64,000 bases of DNA from Eledone cirrhosa. Lineage: Eukaryota. Under the pieces are notes generated by a model. It made no database searches. It was not told where the DNA came from and saw only the letters and a program-made list of their open reading frames with translations. Shown one piece after another: positions 12,001 to 25,400 of this stretch. The DNA is taken from contig OZ024741.1 in the NCBI GenBank assembly GCA_964016885.1, forward strand, positions 249,364,001 through 249,428,000, in the 5' to 3' direction. The number at the start of each line of letters is the position of its first letter. The first letter of the stretch is position 1. A program made the translations under genes and the position numbers.

Positions 12001-14557
12001 AAGGGGAGATAATTTCCCGCCAGCCAAGGAGAGATAATATTTAAAAAAATCAGGCGGAGATAATTTGTAAAAAAAATCAGGGGGAGATAATTTGTAAAAA
12101 AATCAGGGGGAGATAATTTGTAAAAAAAAATCAGGGGGAGATAATTTGTAAAAAAAATCAGGGGGAGATAATTTGTAAAAAAAAATCAGGGGTAGATAAT
12201 TTGTAAAAAAAAATCAGGGGGAGATAATTTGTAAAAAAAAATCAGGGGGAGATAATTTGTAAAAAAATCAAGGGGAGATAATTTCCAGCCGTCCAAGGGG
12301 AGATAATTTTCAGCCGTCCAAGGAGAGGTAATTTCTAGCCGTCCAAGGGGAGATAATTTCCAGCCGTCCAAGGGGAGATAATTTTTTTTAAAAAATCAGG
12401 CGGAGATAATTTGTAAACAAAAATCAGGGGGAGATAATTTGTAAAAAAAAATCAGGGGGAGATAATTTGTAAAAAAAAATCAGGGGGAGATAATTTGTAA
12501 AAAAAATCAAGGGGAGATAATTTCCAGCCGTCCAAGGGGAGGTAATATCTAGCCATCCAAGGGGAGATAATTTCCAGCCGTCCAAGGGGAGATAATTTCC
12601 AGCCGTCCAAGGGGAGATAATATCCAGCCGTCCAAGGAGACATATTTTCCAGCCGTCCAAGGAGACGTAATTTCTAGCCGTCCAAGGGGAGATAAGTTCC
12701 AGCCTCCAAGGGGAGATAATTTCCAGCCAGCCAAGGGGAGATAATTTGTAAAAAAATTAGGGGGAGATAATTTGTAAAAAAAAATTAGGGGGAGATAATT
12801 TGTAAAAAAAAATCAGGGGGAGATAATTTGTAAAAAAAAATCAGGGGGAGATAATTTGTAAAAAAAAATCAGGGGGAGATAATTTGTAAAAAAAAAATCA
12901 GGCGGAGATAATTTGTAAAAAAATCAAGGGGAGATAATTTCCAGCCGTCCAAGGGGAGATAATTTTCAGCCGTCCAAGGAGAGGTAATTTCTAGCCGTCC
13001 AAGGGGAGATAATTTCCAGCCGTCCAAGGGGAGATAATTTTTTTAAAAAAATCAGGCGGAGATAATTTGTAAACAAAAATCAGGGGGAGATAATTTGTAA
13101 AAAAAAATCAGGGGGAGATAATTTGTAAAAAAAATCAGGGGGAGATAATTTGTAAAAAAAATCAAGGGAAGATAATTTGTAAAAAAAAATCAGGGGTAGA
13201 TAATTTGTAAAAAAAAATCAGGGGGAGATAATTTGTAAAAAAAAAATCAGGGGGAGATAATTTGTAAAAAAATCAAGGGGAGATAATTTCCAGCCGTCCA
13301 AGGGGAGATAATTTTAAGCCGTCCAAGGAGAGGTAATTTCTAGCCGTCCAAGGGGAGATAATTTCCAGCCAGCCAAGGGGAGATAATTTGTAAAAAAATC
13401 AGGGGTAGATAATTTGTAAAAAAAAATCAGGGGGAGATAATTTGTAAAAAAAATCAGGGGGAGATAATTTGTAAAAAAAATCAGGGGTAGATAATTTCCA
13501 GCCGTCCAAGGGGAGATAATTTCCATCCTTCCAAGGGGAGATAATTTCCAGCCGTCCAAGGGGAGATAATTTCCCGCCAGCCAAGGAGAGATAACATTTA
13601 AAAAAATCAGGCGGAGATAATTTGTAAAAAAAATCAGGGGGAGATAATTTGTAAAAAAATCAGGGGGAGATAATTTGTAAAAAAAATCAGGGGTAGATAA
13701 TTTCCAGCCGTCCAAGGGGAGATAATTTCCATCCTTCCAAGGGGAGATAATTTCCAGCCGTCCAAGGGGAGATAATTTCCCGCCAGCCAAGGAGAGATAA
13801 TATTTAAAAAAATCAGGCGGAGATAATTTGTAAAAAAAATCAGGGGGAGATAATTTGTAAAAAAATCAGGGGGAGATAATTTGTAAAAAAAAATCAGGGG
13901 AGATAATTTGTAAAAAAAATCAGGGGGTGATAATTTGTAAAAAAAATCAGGGGTAGATAATTTGTAAAAAAAAATCAGGGGGAGATAATTTGTAAAAAAA
14001 AAATCAGGGGGAGATAATTTGTAAAAAAATCAAGGGGAGATAATTTCCAACCGTCCAAGGGGAGATAATTTTCAGCCGTCCAAGGAGGTAATTTCTAGCC
14101 GTCCAAGGGGAGATAATTTCCAGCCGTCCAAGGGGAGATAATTTTTTAAAAAAATCAGGCGGAGATAATTTGTAAACAAAAATCAGGGGGAGATAATTTG
14201 TAAAAAAAAATCAGGGGGAGATAATTTGTAAAAAAAATCAAGGGGAGATAATTTCCAGCTGTCCAAGGGGAGGTAATATCTAGCCATCCAAAGGGAGATA
14301 ATTTCCAGCCGTCCAAGGGGAGATAATTTCCAGCCGTCCAAGGGGAGATAATATCCAGCCGTCCAAGGAGACATATTTTCCAGCCGTCCAAGGAGAGGTA
14401 ATTTCTAGCCGTCCAAGGGGAGATAAGTTCCAGCCTCCAAGGGGAGATAATTTCCAGCCAGCCAAGGGGAGATAATTTGTAAAAAAATCAGGGGGAGATA
14501 ATTTGTAAAAAAAAAATCAGGGGGAGATAATTTGTAAAAAAATCAGGGGGAGATAAT

Positions 14558-17500
14558 TTGTAAAAAAAAAATCAGGGGGAGATAATTTGTAGAAAAAATC
14601 AGGGGTTGATAATTTGTAAAAAAAATCAGGGGGAGATAATTTGTAAAAAAAATCAGGGGGAGATAATTTGTAAAAGAAATCAGGGGTAGATAATTTTCAG
14701 TCGTCCAAGGGGAGATAATTTCCATCCTTCCAAGGGGAGATAATTTCCAGCCGTCCAAGGGGAGATAATTTCCCGCCAGCCAAGGAGAGATAACATTTAA
14801 AAAAATCAGGCGGAGATAATTTGTAAAAAAAATCAGGGGGAGATAATTTGTAAAAAAATCAGGGGGAGATAATTTGTAAAAAAAATCAGGGGTAGATAAT
14901 TTCCAGCCGTCCAAGGGGAGATAATTTCCATCCTTCCAAGGGGAGATAATTTCCAGCCGTCCAAGGGGAGATAATTTCCCGCCAGCCAAGGAGAGATAAT
15001 ATTTAAAAAAATCAGGCGGAGATAATTTGTAAAAAAAATCAGGGGGAGATAATTTGTAAAAAAATCAGGGGGAGATAATTTGTAAAAAAAAATCAGGGGG
15101 AGATAATTTGTAAAAAAAATCAGGGGGAGATAATTTGTAAAAAAAAATCAGGGGTAGATAATTTGTAAAAAAAAATCAGGGGGAGATAATTTGTAAAAAA
15201 AAATCAGGGGGAGATAATTTGTAAAAAAATCAAGGGGAGATAATTTCCAGCCGTCCAAGGGGAGATAATTTTCAGCCGTCCAAGGAGAGGTAATTTCTAG
15301 CCGTCCAAGGGGAGATAATTTCCAGCCGTCCAAGGGGAGATAATTTTTTTAAAAAAATCAGGCGGAGATAATTTGTAAACAAAAATCAGGGGGAGATAAT
15401 TTGTAAAAAAAAATCAGGGGGAGATAATTTGTAAAAAAAAATCAGGGGGAGATAATTTGTAAAAAAAATCAAGGGGAGATAATTTCCAGCCGTCCAAGGG
15501 GAGGTAATATCTAGCCATCCAAGGGGAGATAATTTCCAGCCGTCCAAGGGGAGATAATTTCCAGCCGTCCAAGGGGAGATAATATCCAGCCGTCCAAGGA
15601 GACATATTTTCCAGCCGTCCAAGGAGAGGTAATTTCTAGCCGTCCAAGGGGAGATAAGTTCCAGCCTCCAAGGGGAGATAATTTCCAGCCAGCCAAGGGG
15701 AGATAATTTGTAAAAAAATCAGGGGGAGATAATTTGTAAAAAAAAAATCAGGGGGAGATAATTTGTAAAAAAATCAGGGGGAGATAATTTGTAAAAAAAA
15801 ATCAGGGGGAGATAATTTGTAAAAAAAATCAGGGGGAGATAATTTGTAAAAAAAATCAGGGGTAGATAATTTGTAAAAAAAATCAGGGGGAGATAATTTG
15901 TAAAAAAAATCAGGGGGAGATAATTTGTAAAAAAAATCAGGGGTAGATAATTTTCAGCCGTCCAAGGGGAGATAATTTCCATCCTTCCAAGGGGAGATAA
16001 TTTCCAGCCGTCCAAGGGGAGATAATTTCCCGCCAGCCAAGGAGAGATAACATTTAAAAAAATCAGGCGGAGATAATTTGTAAAAAAAATCAGGGGGAGA
16101 TAATTGTAAAAAAATCAGGGGGAGATAATTTGTAAAAAAAATCAGGGGTAGATAATTTCCAGCCGTCCAAGGGGAGATAATTTCCATCCTTCCAAGGGGA
16201 GATAATTTCCAGCCGTCCAAGGGGAGATAATTTCCCGCCAGCCAAGGAGAGATAATATTTAAAAAAATCAGGCGGAGATAATTTGTAAAAAAAATCAGGG
16301 GGAGATAATTTGTAAAAAAATCAGGGGGAGATAATTTGTAAAAAAAAATCAGGGGGAGATAATTTGTAAAAAAAATCAGGGGGAGATAATTTGTAAAAAA
16401 AAATCAGGGGTAGATAATTTGTAAAAAAAAATCAGGGGGAGATAATTTGTAAAAAAATCAAGGGGAGATAATTTCCAGCCGTCCAAGGGGAGATAATTTT
16501 CAGCCGTCCAAGGAGAGGTAATTTCTAGCCGTCCAAGGGGAGATAATTTCCAGCCGTCCAAGGGGAGATAATTTTTTAAAAAAATCAGGCGGAGATAATT
16601 TGTAAACAAAAATCAGGGGGAGATAATTTGTAAAAAAAAATCAGGGGGAGATAATTTGTAAAAAAAAATCAGGGGGAGATAATTTGTAAAAAAAATCAAG
16701 GGGAGATAATTTCCAGCCGTCCAAGGGGAGGTAATATCTAGCCATCCAAGGGGAGATAATTTCCAGCCGTCCAAGGGGAGATAATTTCCAGCCGTCCAAG
16801 GGGAGATAATATCCAGCCGTCCAATGTGACATATTTTCCAGCCGTCCAAGGAGACGTAATTTCTAGCCGTCCAAGGGGAGATAAGTTCCAGCCTCCAAGG
16901 GGAGATAATTTCCAGCCAGCCAAGGGGAGATAATTTGTAAAAAAATCAGGGGGAGATAATTTGTAAAAAAAAATCAGGGGGAGATAATTTGTAAAAAAAA
17001 TCAAGGGGAGATAATTTCCAGCCGTCCAAGGGGAGATAATTTTCAGCCGTCCAAGGAGAGGTAAATTCTAGCCGTCCAAGGAGATATAATTTCCAGCCGT
17101 CCAAGGGGAGATAATTTCCAGCCGTCCAAGGGGAGATAATTTTAAAAAAAAAATCAGGCGGAGATAATTTGTAAACAAAAATCAGGGGGAGATAATTTTT
17201 AAAAAAAAATCAGGGGGAGATAATTTGTAAAAAAAAATCAGGGGGAGATAATTTGTAAAAAAAATCAAGGGGAGATAATTTCCAGCCGTCCAAGGGGAGG
17301 TAATATCTAGCCATCCAAGGGGAGATAATTTCCAGCCGTCCAAGGGGAGATAATTTCCAGCCGTCCAAGGGGAGATAATATCCAGCCGTCCAAGGAGACA
17401 TATTTTCCAGCCGTCCAAGGAGAGGTAATTTCTAGCCGTCCAAGGGGAGATAAGTTCCAGCCTCCAAGGGGAGATAATTTCCAGCCAGCCAAGGGGAGAT

Positions 17501-18400
17501 AATTTGTAAAAAAATCAGGGGGGAGATAATTTGTAAAAAAAATCAGGGGGAGATAATTTGAAAAAAAAATCAGGGGGAGATAATTTGTAAAAAATATCAA
17601 GGGGAGATAATTTCCAGCCCTCCAAGGGGCTATAATTTCCAGCCGTGCAAGGGGAGATAATTTCCAGCCGTCCAAGGGGAGATAATTTCCATCCTTCCAA
17701 GGGGAGATAATTTCCAGCCGTCCAAGGGGAGATAATTTCCCGCCAGCCAAGGGAAGATAATTTTTTAAAAAATCAGGCGGAGATTGTAAAAAAAATCAGG
17801 GGGAGATAATTTGTAAAAAAATCAGGGGGAGATAATTTGTAAAAAAAAAATCAGGGGGAGATAATTTGTAAAAAAAAATCAGGGGGAGATAATTTGTAAA
17901 AAAAATCAGGGGGAGATAATTTGTAAAAAAAATCAGGGGTAGATAATTTGTAAAAAAAATCAGGGGGAGATAATTTGTAAAAAAAATCAGGGGGAGATAA
18001 TTTGTAAAAAAAATCAGGGGTAGATAATTTTCAGCCGTCCAAGGGGAGATAATTTCCATCCTTCCAAGGGGAGATAATTTCCAGCCGTCCAAGGGGAGAT
18101 AATTTCCCGCCAGCCAAGGAGAGATAACATTTAAAAAAATCAGGCGGAGATAATTTGTAAAAAAATCAGGGGGAGATAATTTGTAAAAAAAAATCAGGGG
18201 TAGATAATTTCCAGCCGTCCAAGGGGAGATAATTTCCATCCTTCCAAGGGGAGATTATTTCCAGCCGTCCAAGGGGAGATAATTTCCCGCCAGCCAAGGA
18301 GAGATAATATTTAAAAAAATCAGGCGGAGATAATTTGTAAAAAAAATCAGGGGGAGATAATTTGTAAAAAAATCAGGGGGAGATAATTTGTAAAAAAAAA
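14558..18400 (+). repeat. Duplicate of window 1 to ~3840 (offset 14,557)
   Basis: The rare marker CCAATGTGACAT lies at ~2268 and ~16825. ORF-track pairs 591/15148, 829/15386, 2056/16613 and 2750/17307 all differ by 14557. Confidence 0.88.
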
Positions 18401-21070
18401 TCAGGGGGAGATAATTTGTAAAAAAAAATCAGGGGGAGATAATTTGTAAAAAAAAATCAGGGGTAGATAATTTGTAAAAAAAAATCAGGGTGAGATAATT
18501 TGTAAAAGAAAAATCAGGGGGAGATAATTTGTAAAAAAATCAAGGGGAGATAATTTCCAGCCGTCCAAGGGGAGATAATTTTCAGCCGTCCAAGGAGAGG
18601 TAATTTCTAGCCGTCCAAGGGGAGATAATTTCCAGCCGTCCAAGGGGAGATAATTTTTTTAAAAAAATCAGGCGGAGATAATTTGTAAACAAAAATCAGG
18701 GGGAGATAATTTGTAAAAAAAAATCAGGGGGAGATAATTTGTAAAAAAAAATCAGGGGGAGATAATTTGTAAAAAAAATCAAGGGGAGATAATTTGTCAA
18801 AAAAAATCAGGGGTAGATAATTTGTAAAAAAAAATCAGGGGGAGATAATTTGTAAAAAAAAAATCAGGGGGAGATAATTTGTAAAAAAATCAAGGGGAGA
18901 TAATTTCCAGCCGTCCAAGGGGAGATAATTTTCAGCCGTCCAAGGAGAGGTAATTTCTAGCCGTCCAAGGGGAGATAATTTCCAGCCAGCCAAGGGGAGA
19001 TAATTTGTAAAAAAATCAGGGGTAGATAATTTGTAAAAAAAAATCAGGGGGAGATAATTTGTAAAAAAAATCAGGGGGAGATAATTTGTAAAAAAAATCA
19101 GGGGTAGATAATTTCCAGCCGTCCAAGGGGAGATAATTTCCATCCTTCCAAGGGGAGATAATTTCCAGCCGTCCAAGGGGAGATAATTTCCCGCCAGCCA
19201 AGGAGAGATAACATTTAAAAAAATCAGGCGGAGATAATTTGTAAAAAAAATCAGGGGGAGATAATTTGTAAAAAAATCAGGGGGAGATAATTTGTAAAAA
19301 AAATCAGGGGTAGATAATTTCCAGCCGTCCAAGGGGAGATAATTTCCATCCTTCCAAGGGGAGATAATTTCCAGCCGTCCAAGGGGAGATAATTTCCCGC
19401 CAGCCAAGGGAAGATAATTTTTTAAAAAATCAGGCGGAGATTGTAAAAAAAATCAGGGGCAGATAATTTGTAAAAAAATCAGGGGGAGATAATTTGTAAA
19501 AAAAAAATCAGGGGGAGATAATTTGTAAAAAAAAATCAGGGGGAGATAATTTGTAAAAAAAATCAGGGGGAGATAATTTGTAAAAAAAATCAGGGGTAGA
19601 TAATTTGTAAAAAAAATCAGGGGGAGATAATTTGTAAAAAAAATCAGGGGGAGATAATTTGTAAAAAAAATCAGGGGTAGATAATTTTCAGCCGTCCAAG
19701 GGGAGATAATTTCCATCCTTCCAAGGGGAGATAATTTCCAGCCGTCCAAGGGGAGATAATTTCCCGCCAGCCAAGGAGAGATAACATTTAAAAAAATCAG
19801 GCGGAGATAATTTGTAAAAAAATCAGGGGGAGATAATTTGTAAAAAAAAATCAGGGGTAGATAATTTCCAGCCGTCCAAGGGGAGATAATTTCCATCCTT
19901 CCAAGGGGAGATAATTTCCAGCCGTCCAAGGGGAGATAATTTCCCGCCAGCCAAGGAGAGATAATATTTAAAAAAATCAGGCGGAGATAATTTGTAAAAA
20001 AAATCAGGGGGAGATAATTTGTAAAAAAATCAGGGGGAGAAAATTTGTAAAAAAAAATCAGGGGGAGATAATTTGTAAAAAAAAATCAGGGGGAGATAAT
20101 TTGTAAAAAAAAATCAGGGGTAGATAATTTGTAAAAAAAAATCAGGGTGAGATAATTTGTAAAAGAAAAATCAGGGGGAGATAATTTGTAAAAAAATCAA
20201 GGGGAGATAATTTCCAGCCGTCCAAGGGGAGATAATTTTCAGCCGTCCAAGGAAAGGTAATTTCTAGCCGTCCAAGGGGAGATAATTTCCAGCCGTCCAA
20301 GGGGAGATAATTTTTTTAAAAAAATCAGGCGGAGATAATTTGTAAACAAAAATCAGGGGGAGATAATTTGTAAAAAAAAATCAGGGGGAGATAATTTGTA
20401 AAAAAAAATCAGGGGGAGATAATTTGTAAAAAAAATCAAGGGGAGATAATTTGTCAAAAAAAATCAGGGGTAGATAATTTGTAAAAAAAAATCAGGGGGA
20501 GATAATTTGTAAAAAAAAAATCAGGGGGAGATAATTTGTAAAAAAATCAAGGGGAGATAATTTCCAGCCGTCCAAGGGGAGATAATTTTCAGCCGTCCAA
20601 GGAGAGGTAATTTCTAGCCGTCCAAGGGGAGATAATTTTCAGCCAGCCAAGGGGAGATAATTTGTAAAAAAATCAGGGGTAGATAATTTGTAAAAAAAAA
20701 TCAGGGGGAGATAATTTGTAAAAAAAATCAGGGGGAGATAATTTGTAAAAAAAATCAGGGGTAGATAATTTCCAGCCGTCCAAGGGGAGATTATTTCCAT
20801 CCTTCCAAGGGGAGATAATTTCCAGCCGTCCAAGGGGAGATAATTTCCCGCCAGCCAAGGAGAGATAACATTTAAAAAAATCAGGCGGAGATAATTTGTA
20901 AAAAAAATCAGGGGGAGATAATTTGTAAAAAAATCAGGGGGAGATAATTTGTAAAAAAAATCAGGGGTAGATAATTTCCAGCCGTCCAAGGGGAGATAAT
21001 TTCCATCCTTCCAAGGGGAGATAATTTCCAGCCGTCCAAGGGGAGATAATTTCCCGCCAGCCAAGGAGAG
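17760..21070 (+). repeat. Tandem duplication of a ~1,657-bp unit (two copies)
   Basis: Pairs 17796/19453 and 19016/20673 differ by 1657. Markers CAGGGTGAG, TAAAAGAAAAA and TTTGTCAAAA each occur in both copies. Confidence 0.85.
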
Positions 21071-22499
21071 ATAATATTTAAAAAAATCAGGCGGAGATAA
21101 TTTGTAAAAAAAATCAGGGGGAGATAATTTGTAAAAAAATCAGGGGGAGATAATTTGTAAAAAAAAATCAGGGGAGATAATTTGTAAAAAAAATCAGGGG
21201 GAGATAATTTGTAAAAAAAAATCAGGGGTAGATAATTTGTAAAAAAAAATCAGGGGGAGATAATTTGTAAAAAAAAAATCAGGGGGAGATAATTTGTAAA
21301 AAAATCAAGGGCAGATAATTTCCAGCCGTCCAAGGGGAGATAATTTTCAGCCGTCCAAGGAGGTAATTTCTAGCCGTCCAAGGGGAGATAATTTCCAGCC
21401 GTCCAAGGGGAGATAATTTTTTTAAAAAAATCAGGCGGAGATAATTTGTAAACAAAAATCAGGGGGAGATAATTTGTAAAAAAAAATCAGGGGGAGATAA
21501 TTTGTAAAAAAAAATCAGGGGGAGATAATTTGTAAAAAAAATCAAGGGGAGATAATTTCCAGCCGTCCAAGGGGAGGTAATATCTAGCCATCCAAGGGGA
21601 GATAATTTCCAGCCGTCCAAGGGGAGATAATTTCCAGCCGTCCAAGGGGAGATAATATCCAGCCGTCCAAGGAGACATATTTTCCAGCCGTCCAAGGAGA
21701 GGTAATTTCTAGCCGTCCAAGGGGAGATAAGTTCCAGCCTCCAAGGGGAGATAATTTCCAGCCAGCCAAGGGGAGATAATTTGTAAAAAAATCAGGGGGA
21801 GATAATTTGTAAAAAAAAAATCAGGGGCAGATAATTTGTAAAAAAATCAGGGGGAGATAATTTGTAAAAAAAATCAGGGGGAGATAATTTGTAGAAAAAA
21901 TCAGGGGTAGATAATTTGTAAAAAAAATCAGGGGGAGATAATTTGTAAAAAAATCAGGGGGAGATAATTTGTAAAAAAAATCAGGGGTAGATAATTTTCA
22001 GCCGTCCAAGGGGAGATAATTTCCATCCTTCCAAGGGGAGATAATTTCCAGCCGTCCAAGGGGAGATAATTTCCCGCCAGCCAAGGAGAGATAACATTTA
22101 AAAAAATCAGGCGGAGATAATTTGTAAAAAAAATCAGGGGGAGATAATTTGTAAAAAAATCAGGGGGAGATAATTTGTAAAAAAAATCAGGGGTAGATAA
22201 TTTCCAGCCGTCCAAGGGGAGATAATTTCCATCCTTCCAAGGGGAGATAATTTCCAGCCGTCCAAGGGGAGATAATTTCCCGCCAGCCAAGGAGAGATAA
22301 TATTTAAAAAAATCAGGCGGAGATAATTTGTAAAAAAAATCAGGTGGAGATAATTTGTAAAAAAATCAGGGGGAGATAATTTGTAAAAAAAAATCAGGGG
22401 GAGATAATTTGTAAAAAAAATCAGGGGGAGATAATTTGTAAAAAAAATCAGGGGTAGATAATTTGTAAAAAAAAATCAGGTGGAGATAATTTGTAAAAA

Positions 22500-25400
22500 A
22501 AAAATCAGGGGGAGATAATTTGTAAAAAAATCAAGGGGAGATAATTTCCAGCCGTCCAAGGGGAGATAATTTTCAGCCGTCCAAGGAGAGGTAATTTCTA
22601 GCCGTCCAAGGGGAGATAATTTCCAGCCGTCCAAGGGGAGATAATTTTTTTAAAAAAATCAGGCGGAGATAATTTGTAAACAAAAATCAGGGGGAGATAA
22701 TTTGTAAAAAAAAATCAGGGGGAGATAATTTGTAAAAAAAAATCAGGGGGAGATAATTTGTAAAAAAAATCAAGGGGAGATAATTTCCAGCCGTCCAAGG
22801 GGAGGTAATATCTAGCCATCCAAGGGGAGATAATTTCCAGCCGTCCAAGGGGAGATATTTTCCAGCCGTCCAAGGAGAGGTAATTTCTAGCCGTCCAAGG
22901 GGAGATAAGTTCCTGCCTCCAAGGGGAGATAATTTCCAGCCAGCCAAGGGGAGATAATTTGTAAAAAAATCAGGGGGAGATAATTTGTAAAAAAAAAATC
23001 AGGGGGAGATAATTTGTAAAAAAATCAGGGGGAGATAATTTGTAAAAAAAATCAGGGGTAGATAATTTGTAAAAAAAATCAGGGGGAGATAATTTGTAAA
23101 AAAAATCAGGGGGAGATAATTTGTAAAAAAAATCAGGGGTAGATAATTTTCAGCCCTCCAAGGGGAGATAATTTCCATCCTTCCAAGGGGAGATAATTTC
23201 CAGCCGTCCAAGGGGAGATAATTTCCCGCCAGCCAAGGAGAGATAACATTTAAAAAAATCAGGCGGAGATAATTTGTAAAAAAAATCAGGGGGAGATAAT
23301 TTGTAAAAAAATTAGGGGGAGATAATTTGTAAAAAAAATCAGGGGTAGATAATTTCCAGCCGTCCAAGGGGAGATAATTTCCATCCTTCCAAGGGGAGAT
23401 AATTTCCAGCCGTCCAAGGGGAGATAATTTCCCGCCAGCCAAGGAGAGATAATATTTAAAAAAATCAGGCGGAGATAATTTGTAAAAAAAATCAGGGGGA
23501 GATAATTTGTAAAAAAATCAGGGGGAGATAATTTGTAAAAAAAAATCAGGGGGAGATAATTTGTAAAAAAAATCAGGGGGAGATAATTTGTAAAAAAAAA
23601 TCAGGGGTAGATAATTTGTAAAAAAAAATCAGGGGGAGATAATTTGTAAAAAAAAATCAGGGGGAGATAATTTGTAAAAAAATCAAGGGGAGATAATTTC
23701 CAGCCGTCCAAGGGGAGATAATTTTCAGCCGTCCAAGGAGAGGTAATTTCTAGCCGTCCAAGGGGAGATAATTTCCAGCCGTCCAAGGGGAGATAATTTT
23801 TTTTAAAAAATCAGGCGGAGATAATTTGTAAACAAAAATCAGGGGGAGATAATTTGTAAAAAAAAATCAGGGGGAGATAATTTGTAAAAAAAAATCAGGG
23901 GGAGATAATTTGTAAAAAAAATCAAGGGGAGATAATTTCCAGCCGTCCAAGGGGAGGTAATATCTAGCCATCCAAGGGGAGATAATTTCCAGCCGTCCAA
24001 GGGGAGATAATTTCCAGCCGTCCAAGGGGAGATAATATCCAGCCGTCCAAGGAGACATATTTTCCAGCCGTCCAAGGAGACGTAATTTCTAGCCGTCCAA
24101 GGGGAGATAAGTTCCAGCCTCCAAGGGGAGATAATTTCCAGCCAGCCAAGGGGAGATAATTTGTAAAAAAATTAGGGGGAGATAATTTGTAAAAAAAAAT
24201 TAGGGGGAGATAATTTGTAAAAAAAAATCAGGGGGAGATAATTTGTAAAAAAAAATCAGGGGGAGATAATTTGTAAAAAAAAATCAGGGGGAGATAATTT
24301 GTAAAAAAAAAATCAGGCGGAGATAATTTGTAAAAAAATCAAGGGGAGATAATTTCCAGCCGTCCAAGGGGAGATAATTTTCAGCCGTCCAAGGAGAGGT
24401 AATTTCTAGCCGTCCAAGGGGAGATAATTTCCAGCCGTCCAAGGGGAGATAATTTTTTAAAAAAAATCAGGCGGAGATAATTTGTAAACAAAAATCAGGG
24501 GGAGATAATTTGTAAAAAAAAATCAGGGGGAGATAATTTGTAAAAAAAATCAGGGGGAGATAATTTGTAAAAAAAATCAAGGGGAGATAATTTGTAAAAA
24601 AAAATCAGGGGTAGATAATTTGTAAAAAAAAATCAGGGGGAGATAATTTGTAAAAAAAAAATCAGGGGGAGATAATTTGTAAAAAAATCAAGGGGAGATA
24701 ATTTCCAGCCGTCCAAGGGGAGATAATTTTAAGCCGTCCAAGGAGAGGTAATTTCTAGCCGTTCAAGGGGAGATAATTTCCAGCCAGCCAAGGGGAGATA
24801 ATTTGTAAAAAAATCAGGGGTAGATAATTTGTAAAAAAAAATCAGGGGGAGATAATTTGTAAAAAAAATCAGGGGGAGATAATTTGTAAAAAAAATCAGG
24901 GGTAGATAATTTCCAGCCGTCCAAGGGGAGATAATTTCCATCCTTCCAAGGGGAGATAATTTCCAGCCGTCCAAGGGGAGATAATTTCCCGCCAGCCAAG
25001 GAGAGATAACATTTAAAAAAATCAGGCGGCGATAATTTGTAAAAAAAATCAGGGGGAGATAATTTGTAAAAAAATCAGGGGGAGATAATTTGTAAAAAAA
25101 ATCAGGGGTAGATAATTTCCAGCCGTCCAAGGGGAGATAATTTCCATCCTTCCAAGGGGAGATAATTTCCAGCCGTCCAAGGGGAGATAATTTCCCGCCA
25201 GCCAAGGAGAGATAATATTTAAAAAAATCAGGCGGAGATAATTTGTAAAAAAAATCAGGGGGAGATAATTTGTAAAAAAATCAGGGGGAGATAATTTGTA
25301 AAAAAAAATCAGGGGAGATAATTTGTAAAAAAAATCAGGGGGTGATAATTTGTAAAAAAAATCAGGGGTAGATAATTTGTAAAAAAAAATCAGGGGGAGA

